Program-made: the position numbers and the translations under genes | Part shown: piece after piece, positions 50,755-61,729 of the stretch | Layout of the letters: every line of letters begins with the position of its first letter | How positions within the stretch are numbered: position 1 is the first letter of the stretch | The notes under the pieces: model-generated | Database searches by the model: none | Told to the model about the DNA's origin: nothing | The model's input: the letters and a program-made list of their open reading frames with translations, nothing else | NCBI GenBank assembly: GCA_051439425.1 | Contig: JBFRWD010000172.1 | Coordinates: 1 to 61,729 of the forward strand | Source of the DNA: Synechococcus sp. | GTDB lineage: Bacteria > Cyanobacteriota > Cyanobacteriia > Thermostichales > PCC-7336 | DNA: 61,729 nucleotides | Direction of reading: 5' to 3'

Positions 50755-51834
50755 ATGAGTACTGCTACTAAACGTCGAGGCTTCGAACCCGGCACTCTCT
50801 CGTGGCAGCAATTTAGTGATTGGATTTCCAGCACTGATAACCGCATCTATATTGGTTGGTTTGGCGTACTGGCAATACCCACTCTAATTGTGGCCAGTAT
50901 TTGTTTTGTCTTTGCATTTATTGCTGCTCCAGGTGTGGATGTCGATGGTATCCGAGAGCCAGTTTTAGGCTCACTGATCGATGGAAACAACATCATTAGT
51001 GCAGCGGTTGTCCCCACTTCGGCAGCGATCGGCCTGCACTTTTATCCGCTGTGGGAAGCGGCATCTATCCAGGAATGGCTGTACAACGGGGGCCCCTACC
51101 AACTCATTGTGTTTCACTTTCTGATCGGGATTTTTGCCTTTATGGGGCGCCAATGGGAGCTGTCTTACCGATTAGGCATGCGCCCTTGGATTCCGCTGGC
51201 TTTTTCTGCCCCTGTGGCTGCGGCAACAGCCGTATTGCTGATTTACCCTATCGGTCAAGGAAGTTTCTCGGAAGGATTGCCTCTTGGCGTAGCAGGTACC
51301 TTTCACTACATGATGGCATTCCAAGCCGATCACAACGTCCTCATGCACCCGTTACATATGGCTGGCGTCATCGGCGTGTATGGCGGTGCACTACTGTCTG
51401 TTGTCCATGGCTCGCTAGTCACTTCGACTTTGATTCGCGAGACAACCGAAGATGAGTCCGAAACTGAAGATTATTGGTTTGGTCATCCCACCGAAACGTA
51501 CAACCTGATGGCGGGTCATTACGGCTACTTAGGACGCACTCTTGTCCGCGGCACAGGGCTGACCAACAAGCGTACAGTTCACGGCATTTTAGCGGTCTTA
51601 CCCGTACTGGGTATTTGGCTGGCAGCAGCTGGTGTTTCGATAATGGCCTTTAACCTGAATGGATTTAACTTCAACGGTTCAATCATCGATAGCAGCGGTC
51701 GAATTATCGGAACAGATGCTGACATTCTCAATCGAGCTAACTTGGGAATTCAAGTGATGCATTCTCCCAATGCTCACCACTTCCCTCATGTCTTGGCGAA
51801 TGGAGATGCTGTTCCGCTGCCCACCACAATCTAA
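50755..51834 (+). CDS. psbA: Atypical (rogue, group 2-type) photosystem II D1
   Basis: D1 sequence with D170E (SFSEG), E189D (QADH), E333S and D342[18 protein letters not shown] insertion. Confidence 0.92.
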   Translation: MSTATKRRGFEPGTLSWQQFSDWISSTDNRIYIGWFGVLAIPTLIVASICFVFAFIAAPGVDVDGIREPVLGSLIDGNNIISAAVVPTSAAIGLHFYPLWEAASIQEWLYNGGPYQLIVFHFLIGIFAFMGRQWELSYRLGMRPWIPLAFSAPVAAATAVLLIYPIGQGSFSEGLPLGVAGTFHYMMAFQADHNVLMHPLHMAGVIGVYGGALLSVVHGSLVTSTLIRETTEDESETEDYWFGHPTETYNLMAGHYGYLGRTLVRGTGLTNKRTVHGILAVLPVLGIWLAAAGVSIMAFNLNGFNFNGSIIDSSGRIIGTDADILNRANLGIQVMHSPNAHHFPHVLANGDAVPLPTTI

Positions 51835-52054
51835 TCGTCTCTTGCTATCTGAGATCGTGATCGATGGCTTGCTCACTGCGCTGTTGTTGAATGAATCATC
51901 GGAGATAAGTCGCCATCTGAATAGATGATATTGAGTACAGCTAATCGCTCTCCTTTGTGGGGGGCGATTGTTTACCATGTGCCGATCAGCAAGAGGTGTT
52001 GTCTTTCGCAGACTTTGCTAAATTTCTTAGTAGTGAACTGGTTTGAGGTTGTTC

Positions 52055-52234
52055 GTGCCTGATTGGGATGACGAGTTGGAATGGACGGAGGAGGCCCGCG
52101 AGAGTTTCCGTAAGATTCCTTTTTTTGTCCGCAGCCAAGCAAGACAAAGTATTGAAGCACTTGCCCGCGAGAGGGACTGTGACACGATCACTCTTGAGCT
52201 GGTCGAAGAAGCTCGCCAAGGGTTTGGAAAATAG
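52055..52234 (+). CDS. Stand-alone PCP-reductase-domain protein
   Basis: WTEEARESFRKIPFFVRSQARQSIE...ITLELVEEAR; GTG at 52055 after GAGGT. Confidence 0.8.
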   Translation: MPDWDDELEWTEEARESFRKIPFFVRSQARQSIEALARERDCDTITLELVEEARQGFGK

Positions 52235-52532
52235 CATGGTGAAACTCGGCCGGCACGCCTCAAGGCTGAAGGACGCTATTGAACTTTTATCACCCCTAAT
52301 GACAGGAGCAATCTTAATGGCAGAGCATTGTGACCAGGGTACGACTGAAATTCAGATTTTCCTCCGGCATACTTTCTGCGATATTGGCGCCTGAGTGAGT
52401 GGAAGTAGATGGCATCTCCAGCCACTACTGCAAATGTTATTGCGACAAAAGCAAAAGATGTCAAAAAAGTCTTTGACAAGTGCGATCGCCTCACCTAGAA
52501 TGTTTATTTGCTGATTAATTTTCTGGAAAGGC

Positions 52533-52646
52533 ATGAAGGTTAGAGCTTCTGTCCGCAAAATGTGTGACAAATGTCGGGTGATTCGCCGCCACGGCAAGGT
52601 TCGAGTCATTTGCTCCAACCCCAAGCATAAACAACGCCAGGGCTAG
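52533..52646 (+). CDS. rpmJ: 50S ribosomal protein L36
   Basis: [37 protein letters not shown]; not in the ORF track. Confidence 0.97.
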   Translation: MKVRASVRKMCDKCRVIRRHGKVRVICSNPKHKQRQG

Positions 52647-52691
52647 GACAACGTCAGGGTTAGGACATAACAGCATTAAAGTAGGAGTCTC

Positions 52692-53060
52692 ATGGCACGT
52701 ATTGCTGGGGTAGATATACCCCGAGAGAAGCGAGTGGAAATTGCCCTTACCTATATTTACGGTATCGGCCTATCTCGTTCTAAAGAAATTTTGGTCAAAG
52801 CTAACGTCAACCCCGACACTCGCACCCGAGATCTATCGGATGCGGAGGTAGCATCCCTTCGAGCTGTGGTTGAAAGCGATTACCAGGTTGAAGGGGATCT
52901 GCGTCGGTTTGAATCCATGAACATCAAGCGATTGATGGATATTGGGTGCTACCGAGGCCGTCGCCATCGTTCCGGCTTGCCACTGAGAGGGCAACGCACG
53001 CGTACCAATGCCCGCACTCGCAAGGGCGCTCGCAAGACTGTAGCCGGGAAGAAGAAGTAA
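52692..53060 (+). CDS. rpsM: 30S ribosomal protein S13
   Basis: [10 protein letters not shown]...[14 protein letters not shown]. Confidence 0.98.
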   Translation: MARIAGVDIPREKRVEIALTYIYGIGLSRSKEILVKANVNPDTRTRDLSDAEVASLRAVVESDYQVEGDLRRFESMNIKRLMDIGCYRGRRHRSGLPLRGQRTRTNARTRKGARKTVAGKKK

Positions 53061-53237
53061 TTTACCTTTTGGAGCTGTCAGCGATGGCAGCTTCCTCGGT
53101 TTGTGGGTTGTTATGTCCGACACCGTTTGGCCAACACCTACTTGACTCGATACCGATAGGGCGTTCAGAGAGCGCACTTTTTCGTGCCGACATGCACATT
53201 CTAGAAACAGCTAGTACTGGGAATCAGGGGACAACTC

Positions 53238-53624
53238 ATGGCTCGACAGCCACAACGTAGAAAGAAGGCCAAGCGCAACGTGCCCAACGGCGTTGCCTAC
53301 ATTCAATCCACCTTCAACAACACCATTGTGACTATCACTGACCCAAACGGTGAAGCCATTTCTTGGGCTTCTGCAGGGTCAAGTGGCTTTAAAGGGGCCA
53401 AAAAGGGTACTCCTTTCGCAGCCCAGACCGCCGCAGAGAGCGCAGCTCGGACCGCGATTGACAACGGTATGCGTCAGATTGAGGTCATGGTTAGTGGCCC
53501 TGGTTCGGGGCGCGAAACCGCCATCCGTGCTTTGCAGGCTGCAGGGCTGGAGATTACGCTGATTCGCGACGTTACTCCAATTCCCCATAACGGTTGCAGA
53601 CCGCCCAAACGCCGTCGCGTTTAA
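53238..53624 (+). CDS. rpsK: 30S ribosomal protein S11
   Basis: [27 protein letters not shown]. Confidence 0.98.
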   Translation: MARQPQRRKKAKRNVPNGVAYIQSTFNNTIVTITDPNGEAISWASAGSSGFKGAKKGTPFAAQTAAESAARTAIDNGMRQIEVMVSGPGSGRETAIRALQAAGLEITLIRDVTPIPHNGCRPPKRRRV

Positions 53625-53754
53625 CGGCCAACATATTTCTCTGTTGCGCCGCTCCCAAATCTTTGAGGTTTGCATCTCCTGTGATTTGAAGCGGCTTTGA
53701 CAGTCGGTTTATCAGGTTGACTCGAACTATCCGAGGCTGACAAGTAAGGGAGGC

Positions 53755-54705
53755 GTGCCGGTGGCACACTATCAGACTGAATGTGTCGAAAGCCATGAAG
53801 AGAAAAACGGTGTTCTCTATGGCAAGTTTATTCTGGGGCCTTTAGAACGCGGTCAAGGCACCACGGTGGGAAATGCGCTGCGCCGGGTGCTTTTATCCAA
53901 CTTAGAAGGTGCTGCTGTTACAGCCGTCCGTATTGCAGGGGTAAGCCACGAGTTTTCCACCGTGTCAGGTGTACGTGAAGACGTCATGGACATCCTGCTC
54001 AATATGAAAGAGCTGGTGTTCAGATCAATGTCGTCTGATTCTCAGATGGGTCGTCTGTCCGTTCAGGGGCCTGGTGTTGCGACTGCTGCTCAGATGGAGC
54101 TTCCCTCTCAGCTTGAAGTCGTTAATCCCGACCACTACATTGCCACATTGTCTGAAGGGGCAACGCTGGAAATGGAATTCCTTGTCGATCGCGGTCGTGG
54201 CTACCGTTCAGTCGACTACGGCAACACCGACACCATCGCAGTTGACTTCCTGCAGATTGACTCGGTGTTCATGCCAGTTCATAAGGTCAACTACATCGTT
54301 GAGGACGCCCGCGTCGGCGAATCTCTCGAGCAAGACCGCCTGGTGATGGAGATTTGGACAAACGGTAGCTTGAACCCTCAGGATGCCCTCAGCCAGGCAG
54401 CCCAAACCCTTGTTCAATTGTTCATTCCCCTGCAGGACGTAACGTTTACGTCTACTGACGTCGCTCCCAAAGCCGAGGACGATCAGAAGAACCAGATTCC
54501 GATCGAAGAGTTGCAACTGTCGGTTCGAGCGTACAACTGTCTCAAGCGTGCTCAGGTCAACACGGTTGCCGACCTACTGGTCTACAGCGAGGAAGACTTG
54601 TTGGAGATCAAGAACTTCGGTCAAAAGTCTGCCGAGGAAGTGATCGAAGCCTTAAAGGATCGACTCAACCTCACTTTGTCTCGCACTCGTGACAAGAGCA
54701 AATAG
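53755..54705 (+). CDS. rpoA: RNA polymerase alpha subunit
   Basis: PLERGQGTTVGNALRRVLLS, LSVRAYNCLKR. Confidence 0.98.
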   Translation: MPVAHYQTECVESHEEKNGVLYGKFILGPLERGQGTTVGNALRRVLLSNLEGAAVTAVRIAGVSHEFSTVSGVREDVMDILLNMKELVFRSMSSDSQMGRLSVQGPGVATAAQMELPSQLEVVNPDHYIATLSEGATLEMEFLVDRGRGYRSVDYGNTDTIAVDFLQIDSVFMPVHKVNYIVEDARVGESLEQDRLVMEIWTNGSLNPQDALSQAAQTLVQLFIPLQDVTFTSTDVAPKAEDDQKNQIPIEELQLSVRAYNCLKRAQVNTVADLLVYSEEDLLEIKNFGQKSAEEVIEALKDRLNLTLSRTRDKSK

Positions 54706-54749
54706 TCTCTTTTTTCAATTAGTTTTTTAGCTCCACTAGGAACCATCCC

Positions 54750-55103
54750 ATGCGCCATCGCTGCCGAATCCCTCGACTGAATAAGCCTGCCGATCAGCGC
54801 AAGGCGTTAATGCGTAGCCTCACCACCAACTTATTGCGTGAGGGTCGCATCACCACCACCAAAGCGCGTGCAAAGGCAGTGCGGTCTACTGCCGAGAAAA
54901 TGATTGGATTGGCAAAGGATGGTTCCTTGGCCGCTCGTCGTCAAGCGTTGGGATACGTTTACGACAAGCAGTTGGTTCATGCTTTGTTCGAGCAGGTCCC
55001 CAGTCGCTACGGTTCCCGCGACGGTGGTTATACCCGCATTTTGCGTACCGTACCCCGCCGTGGTGACGGTGCCGAGATGGCAGTGATCGAACTAGTTGAT
55101 TAG
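54750..55103 (+). CDS. rplQ: 50S ribosomal protein L17
   Basis: [19 protein letters not shown]. Confidence 0.98.
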   Translation: MRHRCRIPRLNKPADQRKALMRSLTTNLLREGRITTTKARAKAVRSTAEKMIGLAKDGSLAARRQALGYVYDKQLVHALFEQVPSRYGSRDGGYTRILRTVPRRGDGAEMAVIELVD

Positions 55104-55136
55104 ATTTCCCTCAACCCAGATTTTCCTGCCCATCGT

Positions 55137-56039
55137 ATGGATGCCGTTGTTGCTAATGTCCCTGCCCGTCGTCTTGTCCTCAAGTTGCAGTACTTGGGGA
55201 CCAGATTTTTTGGTTGGCAACGTCAGCCTCGCCATCGCAGCGTTCAGCAGGATCTAGAGCAGACCATAGCGCGATTGACCGGAGAGTCTGTTGTTGTTTC
55301 GGGAGCAGGCCGCACCGATACTGGGGTTCATGCATCGGGGCAGGTTGCTCACTTCGATACCCATTCCCCAATCCCGATCGATCGATGGGGATTTGCCCTC
55401 AACAATGCTCTGCCGTCTGATGTTGTGGTTCGAGCGGTTAGCGAAGTGGCAGAGGATTGGCATGCCCGATTTACTGCAACGTGGCGCAGCTATCGGTATG
55501 CCATATGGAATGCAGAGAGTCCCGATGTGTTCTGGCGGTTGTTTAGTTGGCACCATCGTCATCCGCTAAGCGATCGCGACATGCAAGCGGCTCTGCTATC
55601 CCTTGTGGGGGAGCACGATTTAGAGGTATTTCGCCTCTCTGGCTCGCAGCGTGCTCATTCACGGGTTCAAGTACAGTCTGTTGACTGTTGGAGGTCTGGC
55701 CCTCTGATTTGGATCGATGTCAAAGCTTCTGGTTTTCTCTATCGCATGATGCGATTGTTGGTCGGAGCCTTAGCATCCGTTGGGTTAGGAGAGATTGCCC
55801 CCGGCGATTTCGAGCGCATGTGGCGAGATCGCAACCGCCCTGCCATTCGGTTCAGCGCTCCCGCTCAAGGTTTGTGCTTGACAGGGGTAGGCTATCCGAG
55901 CGATCCTTTTCAGGCATCGCAAATGGGGATGTCCCCTGCTACTGCTTTCCCGTTCGCAGCCGAGCGCGATTGCCTATCTGCTGAATCACCTGCGGGGCTG
56001 GTGCAGCAAAGTTTTTTCCCGCACTTTTGTCCTGATTAA
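55137..56039 (+). CDS. truA: tRNA pseudouridine(38-40) synthase
   Basis: [23 protein letters not shown]. Confidence 0.95.
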   Translation: MDAVVANVPARRLVLKLQYLGTRFFGWQRQPRHRSVQQDLEQTIARLTGESVVVSGAGRTDTGVHASGQVAHFDTHSPIPIDRWGFALNNALPSDVVVRAVSEVAEDWHARFTATWRSYRYAIWNAESPDVFWRLFSWHHRHPLSDRDMQAALLSLVGEHDLEVFRLSGSQRAHSRVQVQSVDCWRSGPLIWIDVKASGFLYRMMRLLVGALASVGLGEIAPGDFERMWRDRNRPAIRFSAPAQGLCLTGVGYPSDPFQASQMGMSPATAFPFAAERDCLSAESPAGLVQQSFFPHFCPD

Positions 56040-56043
56040 AGTT

Positions 56044-56499
56044 ATGAACAAGACACCCGTCCCTAGCGTTACATCAATTGAGCCCCGTTGGTATGTCGTG
56101 GATGCCGCCGACCAACGACTGGGCCGCTTAGCTGCGAATATTGCCGCAATTTTGCGAGGCAAGAACAAGCCTGATTTCACCCCCCACATGGATACGGGTG
56201 ATTTCGTGATTGTCATTAATGCTGAAAAAGTCACGGTTACCGGTCGTAAAGCCGAGCAAAAGCTCTATCGTCGCCACTCTGGCCGTCCTGGCGGAATGAA
56301 AGTGGAGACGTTCCAGCATCTGCAAGAGCGTCTGCCCGAGCGCATTATCGAGAAGGCGGTCAAAGGCATGCTGCCTCACACCTCTCTCGGTCGTAAACAG
56401 TTCAAAAAACTGAAAGTTTATGCTGGCCCCAACCATCCCCACGAGGCCCAGCAGCCTGAAACCCTGACTCTCAACACGATTCCTGGAGCGAAAGCATAG
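56044..56499 (+). CDS. rplM: 50S ribosomal protein L13
   Basis: [26 protein letters not shown]. Confidence 0.98.
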   Translation: MNKTPVPSVTSIEPRWYVVDAADQRLGRLAANIAAILRGKNKPDFTPHMDTGDFVIVINAEKVTVTGRKAEQKLYRRHSGRPGGMKVETFQHLQERLPERIIEKAVKGMLPHTSLGRKQFKKLKVYAGPNHPHEAQQPETLTLNTIPGAKA

Positions 56500-56501
56500 T
56501 C

Positions 56502-56906
56502 ATGAGCGAAGATACGAAAGCAGTGTACTGGGGCACCGGCCGCCGCAAGCGTGCGATCGCCCGTGTGCGTTTGATTCCTGGTGATGGCACCCTCACCATT
56601 AACAAGCGTCCTGGGAAAGAGTACCTCCAGTTCCGCGAGACTCTCGTTGCAGCTGCAAAGGCCCCTCTAGAAACCCTAGGATTGGAAGGTTCCTACGATA
56701 TTTTTGTGAACGCACACGGTGGCGGTGTCACCGGTCAAGCTGATGCTATTCGCATGGGTGTTGCACGTGCCTTGTGCGACATGGATCCCGAAAATCGCCC
56801 CCCTCTTAAAGCCGAAGGTTACCTGCGACGCGACCCGCGTGCGAAAGAGCGTAAGAAATACGGTCTTCGCAAAGCTCGCAAGGCACCTCAGTTCTCCAAG
56901 CGATAA
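56502..56906 (+). CDS. rpsI: 30S ribosomal protein S9
   Basis: [24 protein letters not shown]. Confidence 0.98.
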   Translation: MSEDTKAVYWGTGRRKRAIARVRLIPGDGTLTINKRPGKEYLQFRETLVAAAKAPLETLGLEGSYDIFVNAHGGGVTGQADAIRMGVARALCDMDPENRPPLKAEGYLRRDPRAKERKKYGLRKARKAPQFSKR

Positions 56907-56964
56907 GTTCTCAAAGTACTCATTATTTACATCTACCCCTGTTGCGTTGCTGGAGGCGCAAGTT

Positions 56965-57186
56965 ATGCCTAAAGATAAAATTCATCCTGATTGGTATCCC
57001 GAAGCCAAAGTGATTTGCAACGGTGAAGTTGTAATGGTCTGCGGTTCTACACAGCCCGAATTAAAGGTTGATGTTTGGTCGGGCAACCACCCATTCTTTA
57101 CCGGTCAGAGCAAGATTATCGACACCGAGGGTCGGGTCGATCGCTTCTTGCGCAAGTACGGTATGTCTGGCAAAAAAGACAAGTAA
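56965..57186 (+). CDS. rpmE: 50S ribosomal protein L31
   Basis: MPKDKIHPDWY...NHPFFTG...GRVDRF; ATG at 56965. Confidence 0.96.
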   Translation: MPKDKIHPDWYPEAKVICNGEVVMVCGSTQPELKVDVWSGNHPFFTGQSKIIDTEGRVDRFLRKYGMSGKKDK

Positions 57187-57209
57187 TCAAGCATTTGTGC
57201 TGTCAAATT

Positions 57210-57250
57210 GGCGATCGCGTACCCCAAGAGGGTCGTCGCGATCGCCTTTT
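57210..57250 (+). terminator. Terminator-like hairpin after rpmE whose arms are two HIP1 sites
   Basis: GGCGATCGCG...CGCGATCGCC followed by TTTT. Confidence 0.55.
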
Positions 57251-57383
57251 CAGTATTGGGGGCTGCCTAGCTATTGCGGACGTCTGCTACGTTAACGGCT
57301 TGCTTGCCTAAGTTAGACGGCTGCTCAATTTGTCGCAGACTGCTTAAATTTATGCTCACTCATCGGAAGAAGGAAGGCCGGTC

Positions 57384-58481
57384 ATGGTTGCCGCGCACAT
57401 GCTGCAAAAACTGGACAACGTTGAAGCAACGTTTCAGGAGCTGACTGTCCGTCTGGCCGATCCCGAAGTGGCGACCGATCCCGACGAATTACAGCGAGTG
57501 GCTAAAGCGCGATCGGCATTAGAAGAAACGGTTGAAACCTATCGCAGTTGGCAAGCCACACAAGAGGAACTAAAAGGTGCTGAGGAAATTTTGAAGGAGT
57601 CTGCTGACGATCCGGAGTTGGCGGAAATGGCGCAGTTAGAGCTTCAGGAGCTAAAGGAGCGTGATGAGCAGTTGGTGGACCGGCTAACAATTCTGCTGTT
57701 GCCTCAAGATCCCAATGACGACAAAAACATCATGCTGGAGGTCAGAGCCGGCACGGGAGGAGACGAAGCCGCGATTTGGGCCGGCGATCTGGTGCGGATG
57801 TACACGCGCTATGCCGAAAAAGTGGGATGGTCTGTAAAATTAGTCAGCTTCTCCGATGCCGATATGGGTGGCTGCAAGGAAGCGGTGATGGAAGTGACGG
57901 GAGATCGCGTCTATAGCAAACTCAAGTTTGAGGCGGGTGTTCACCGCGTGCAGCGGGTTCCTGTGACTGAAACGCAAGGTCGAGTTCACACGTCAACAGC
58001 AACAGTGGCTATCATGCCGGAAGTTGATGATGTTGAAGTGCACATCGATTCCAAAGATATTGAGATGAAGACGGCTCGATCTGGTGGCGCTGGTGGCCAG
58101 AACGTCAACAAAGTAGAAACAGCAGTGGATTTAATTCACAAACCAACGGGCATTCGGGTGTTTTGTACGGAAGAGCGATCGCAATTACAGAACCGCGAAC
58201 GGGCCATGCAAATTCTGCGCGCCAAACTTTACGAGATGAAGCTCAAAGAGCAGCAGGATGAAATCATGAGCAACCGCCGCATGCAGGTGGGCACGGGTTC
58301 GAGATCGGAGAAAATTCGAACTTACAACTATAAAGACAACCGCATTACCGATCACAGACTGGGGCAAAACTTCTCCCTCAATCCGGTGTTAGAAGGGGAG
58401 ATGGAGGATCTAGTTCAGTCCTGTATCGGTGTCTATCAAAAAGAACAGTTGGCCGAGCTGGCTCAACAGTCTGAGGCTTGA
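57384..58481 (+). CDS. prfA: Peptide chain release factor 1
   Basis: PVT motif (VPVTE), [14 protein letters not shown]. Confidence 0.97.
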   Translation: MVAAHMLQKLDNVEATFQELTVRLADPEVATDPDELQRVAKARSALEETVETYRSWQATQEELKGAEEILKESADDPELAEMAQLELQELKERDEQLVDRLTILLLPQDPNDDKNIMLEVRAGTGGDEAAIWAGDLVRMYTRYAEKVGWSVKLVSFSDADMGGCKEAVMEVTGDRVYSKLKFEAGVHRVQRVPVTETQGRVHTSTATVAIMPEVDDVEVHIDSKDIEMKTARSGGAGGQNVNKVETAVDLIHKPTGIRVFCTEERSQLQNRERAMQILRAKLYEMKLKEQQDEIMSNRRMQVGTGSRSEKIRTYNYKDNRITDHRLGQNFSLNPVLEGEMEDLVQSCIGVYQKEQLAELAQQSEA

Positions 58482-58765
58482 TTTGGTTTCACAGGCCCAA
58501 GCTAGACTTAGCGAACTCATCTTGAGAACAACCGGTTAGTCACGCAGGGCACTCTATATAGCGAATTGCCTAGCGCTATATCTGTATTCAAATTCCTCTG
58601 CATGGATATCTCAGATGTACGTTGGTAGACATGCATCATTTCCAGACTGAGAGCATCCTGGGCCTGGTTGAAGTCAGTAATAATTCCGTGTAATCTGTGC
58701 GAGTCCCTACAAACTTTTGTGGGAATGGTTTAAATAATGTAAACAACTCTTCTTCAATTGGTTAG

Positions 58766-59671
58766 TTGGTGTCTCCTTCCCCGTTGCGAATTTGTTTCTA
58801 TCAGCCGGATGATTCCCGCTTGGAGGGTCCGGCCTTACAGCCAACGTGTTTAGTCGATGCCAATCAAATAGTGCTGCACGAGTTTCGCAGCCCGGAGCTA
58901 CTCATCCAGCATTTGAAAAACCGGGAGGAACCAACGGATTGCTTGATTTTGGCTGTCCTTACCTCCGACGCATTGACACATATTGGCGATCTACTGGCTA
59001 ACAAAGGGGTTCTGCTGCCTGCTGTTTCCTTGCTAGCGCAGGAATACACGAGCGAGCGAGCGGATGCCATTCACTACCATAAGGCAGTCATTTCTGTGCC
59101 GTTAACGGGCGGAACAATTCCGGACACATTAGATTTGGTGGCGGAGGTTGAGCGGGCGATCGCGCTATTTTTGCAAATGTCCCCTAAGGGGGTTCGTCCT
59201 GCCAATGGAGGAAAAGAGCTGCCCTCTCTTGTCCAACAGCAACAGCGGCGGCTATCTGAAAAGTTACGGGAACGATTGGGGTATACCGGAGTCTATTACA
59301 AGCGACATCCCGACCGGTTCTATCGCAATCTGTCAGAGGACGAGAAAGATGCGCTGTTAAACCGGTTGCGCGACTTATATCGGGGGATTGTTTTGGAATA
59401 CTTTCACTCCCCCAGCCGCGTTAACCCTGCCATTGATGAATTTGCGGCACTAGCCTTTTTGGGGGATATGAGCGTATCGCAAGTGCTGGAAATACACATG
59501 CAGTTAATGGACAATTTTGCCAAACAGCTCAAGCTAGAAGGGCGCAGTGAGGAGATCGTTTTGGACTATCGCATCACCTTGATTGATGTTATTGCTCATT
59601 TAAGTGAAATGTATCGGCGCTCAATTCCGCGATCCCCAAAGTCCGCAACTGACCGGGAGACGCGTGCATGA
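58766..59671 (+). CDS. kaiA: Circadian clock protein KaiA
   Basis: [38 protein letters not shown]. Confidence 0.95.
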   Translation: MVSPSPLRICFYQPDDSRLEGPALQPTCLVDANQIVLHEFRSPELLIQHLKNREEPTDCLILAVLTSDALTHIGDLLANKGVLLPAVSLLAQEYTSERADAIHYHKAVISVPLTGGTIPDTLDLVAEVERAIALFLQMSPKGVRPANGGKELPSLVQQQQRRLSEKLRERLGYTGVYYKRHPDRFYRNLSEDEKDALLNRLRDLYRGIVLEYFHSPSRVNPAIDEFAALAFLGDMSVSQVLEIHMQLMDNFAKQLKLEGRSEEIVLDYRITLIDVIAHLSEMYRRSIPRSPKSATDRETRA

Positions 59672-60003
59672 ATACTCCCCGTAAGGCATACGTTCTCAAG
59701 CTCTATGTTGCTGGTCGTACCCCTAACTCCGTGCGAGCCATTCGTACCCTGCAAGACATCATGGAAAAGGAATTCCAGGGTGTATACAGCCTAAAAGTGA
59801 TCGATGTTGTCCAAAATCCTCGATTGGCAGAAGAAGACAAGATCCTTGCTACGCCAACATTGGCTAAGATTTTACCCCCACCAGTGCGTAAGATTATTGG
59901 AGATCTCTCCGATCGCGAGAAAGTTCTCATTGGTCTCGACCTTCTCTATGAAGAGTTAGACGAAACTGGTGGCTATTTTGAGGAAGACGATTCCGATGAC
60001 TAA
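59668..60003 (+). CDS. kaiB: Circadian clock protein KaiB
   Basis: [32 protein letters not shown]. Confidence 0.97.
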   Translation: MNTPRKAYVLKLYVAGRTPNSVRAIRTLQDIMEKEFQGVYSLKVIDVVQNPRLAEEDKILATPTLAKILPPPVRKIIGDLSDREKVLIGLDLLYEELDETGGYFEEDDSDD

Positions 60004-61624
60004 TTCCAATCCACCGTCTTCACCTGACGAGACAAGTTCTACGTCCTTTCCAGAGGAAAGGGCACAACGTTACCCACAAATCCTCTACCCCAAGTCGGAC
60101 GTAGTCTATAAGGGTATTCCCAAGATCAGAACGGGGATTGAGGGATTTGACGACATCAGTCACGGTGGTTTGCCTGTCGGTCGTACGACCCTTATAAGCG
60201 GCACCTCAGGTACCGGAAAAACGATGTTCTGCGTGCAGTTCGTCTACAACGGCATCACACAGTTTAACGAACCAGGGGTTCTGGTCACGTTTGAAGAATC
60301 CCCTGCCGACATTATCAAAAATGCTTATAGTTTTGGCTGGGACTTGCAGAAGCTGATCGACCAAGACAAGCTGTTTATTCTCGACGCGTCCCCCGAGCCC
60401 GAAGGGTATGAAGTCGCAGGTGATTTTGACCTCTCTGCCCTAATCGAACGCATCCAATACGCCATTCAAAAGTACAAAGCTACACGCGTTTCGGTTGACA
60501 CCGTTACCGCTGTATTTCATCAGTACGACGCCTCCGATGTGGTGCGTCGAGAGCTATTTCGGTTATCGGCACGCCTAAAAAGTTGCGACGTCACTACCGT
60601 AATGAGCACCGAGCGGATGGAGGAGTACGGGGCAATCGCCCGCTTTGGCGTGGAAGAATTTGTTTCGGACAATGTTGTAATTGTGCGTAACGTCTTGGAA
60701 TGGGAGAAGCGCCGTCGCACAATCGAAATTCTGAAGCTGCGCGGTACCACCCACATGAAGGGAGAATACCCCTTCACCATGACCAACGAAGGGATTAATA
60801 TCTTCCCGTTAGGGGCTATGCAGCTAACCCAGCGTTCGTCCAACGTGCGAGTATCGTCCGGGATTCCCAAACTGGATGAAATGTGCGGCGGTGGTTTCTT
60901 CCGCGATTCGATTATTTTGGCCACCGGTGCCACCGGTACGGGTAAGACCTCGCTAGTCTCGAAGTTTTTGGAAGAGGGATGTCGCCAGGGCGAACGTGCC
61001 ATGTTGTTTGCCTACGAGGAATCTCGCGCTCAGCTATCGCGAAATGCCTCGTCCTGGGGAATTGATCTGGAGAGTATGGAGAAAGACGGCCTGCTCAAAA
61101 TTATTTGTGCGTATCCCGAATCTGCTGGCCTGGAAGATCACCTGCAAATTATTAAGTCTCAGATTAAAGACTTTAAGCCCCGACGGTTGGCTATTGACTC
61201 CCTATCGGCGCTGGCACGCGGGGTGAGTTCCAATGCGTTTCGCCAGTTTGTGATTGGGGTAACGGGGTTTGCCAAGCAGGAAGAGATCACCGGTTTCTTT
61301 ACCAACACTACCGACCAGTTTATGGGCTCCCACTCGATTACGGAGTCTCACATCTCGACGATTACAGACACGATTATCTTGTTGCAGTACGTCGAGATTC
61401 GGGGAGAGATGTCGCGGGCGATCAACGTCTTCAAGATGCGCGGGTCGTGGCATGATAAGGGAATCCGCGAATATATTATTAGCGGTCGCGGTGCCGAAAT
61501 TCAGGATTCCTTCCGAGGCTTCGAAGGTCTGATTAGCGGTTCCCCAACTCGAATTGAGTTTAACGAGACTAGCGACCTATCCCGGATTGTGCGTGGTGTT
61601 AAGTCTGCTGACGATGAGGACTGA
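59996..61624 (+). CDS. kaiC: Circadian clock protein KaiC
   Basis: Two RecA-like domains ([16 protein letters not shown]); phosphorylation-site context [11 protein letters not shown] at 59996. Confidence 0.97.
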   Translation: MTNSNPPSSPDETSSTSFPEERAQRYPQILYPKSDVVYKGIPKIRTGIEGFDDISHGGLPVGRTTLISGTSGTGKTMFCVQFVYNGITQFNEPGVLVTFEESPADIIKNAYSFGWDLQKLIDQDKLFILDASPEPEGYEVAGDFDLSALIERIQYAIQKYKATRVSVDTVTAVFHQYDASDVVRRELFRLSARLKSCDVTTVMSTERMEEYGAIARFGVEEFVSDNVVIVRNVLEWEKRRRTIEILKLRGTTHMKGEYPFTMTNEGINIFPLGAMQLTQRSSNVRVSSGIPKLDEMCGGGFFRDSIILATGATGTGKTSLVSKFLEEGCRQGERAMLFAYEESRAQLSRNASSWGIDLESMEKDGLLKIICAYPESAGLEDHLQIIKSQIKDFKPRRLAIDSLSALARGVSSNAFRQFVIGVTGFAKQEEITGFFTNTTDQFMGSHSITESHISTITDTIILLQYVEIRGEMSRAINVFKMRGSWHDKGIREYIISGRGAEIQDSFRGFEGLISGSPTRIEFNETSDLSRIVRGVKSADDED

Positions 61625-61729
61625 CAATAGTTAGAAAGGGAATCGGTTCGTTATTCTTTCTACTATCTCTCGAGCGACTCTAAGATGCTAGTCTCATCCC
61701 TCGTGCCTCTTAATCTGTCTCTTATACAC

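Noticed and set aside
50755..51834. Chlorophyll f synthase (ChlF)
   Set aside because: Lacks the QD motif, shows rogue-D1 signatures, and has no far-red gene cluster around it.
56719..56964. N-terminally extended L31 (155 aa)
   Set aside because: The extension overlaps rpsI out of frame; L31 starts at ATG 56965 after a GGAGG.

Overview
Cyanobacterial chromosomal window (abundant HIP1 GCGATCGC octamers, NtcA boxes, psbA, kaiABC). From left to right: (1) a divergent amide/urea ABC binding protein and formamidase fmdA-fmdB, each with an upstream NtcA box. (2) A ~7 kb integron (4479-11530) not evident from the ORF track: an intI pseudogene, a candidate attI followed by ~40-bp-periodic palindromes, and 8 attC-bounded cassettes including a nonsense-disrupted tandem-TIR gene. 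(3) Housekeeping genes (lepA, serS, glyS), a P450 and antiporters. (4) An HTH-STAND-TPR regulator divergent from a ferritin-like gene and a cis-prenyltransferase, with helically phased GTCGG boxes between them. (5) A TIR-like protein coupled to an NTPase-TM-WD40-3xSH3 protein. (6) A rogue-type psbA. (7) The rpmJ-prfA half of the ribosomal protein cluster and kaiABC. All calls come from manual motif recognition; no database search was run.
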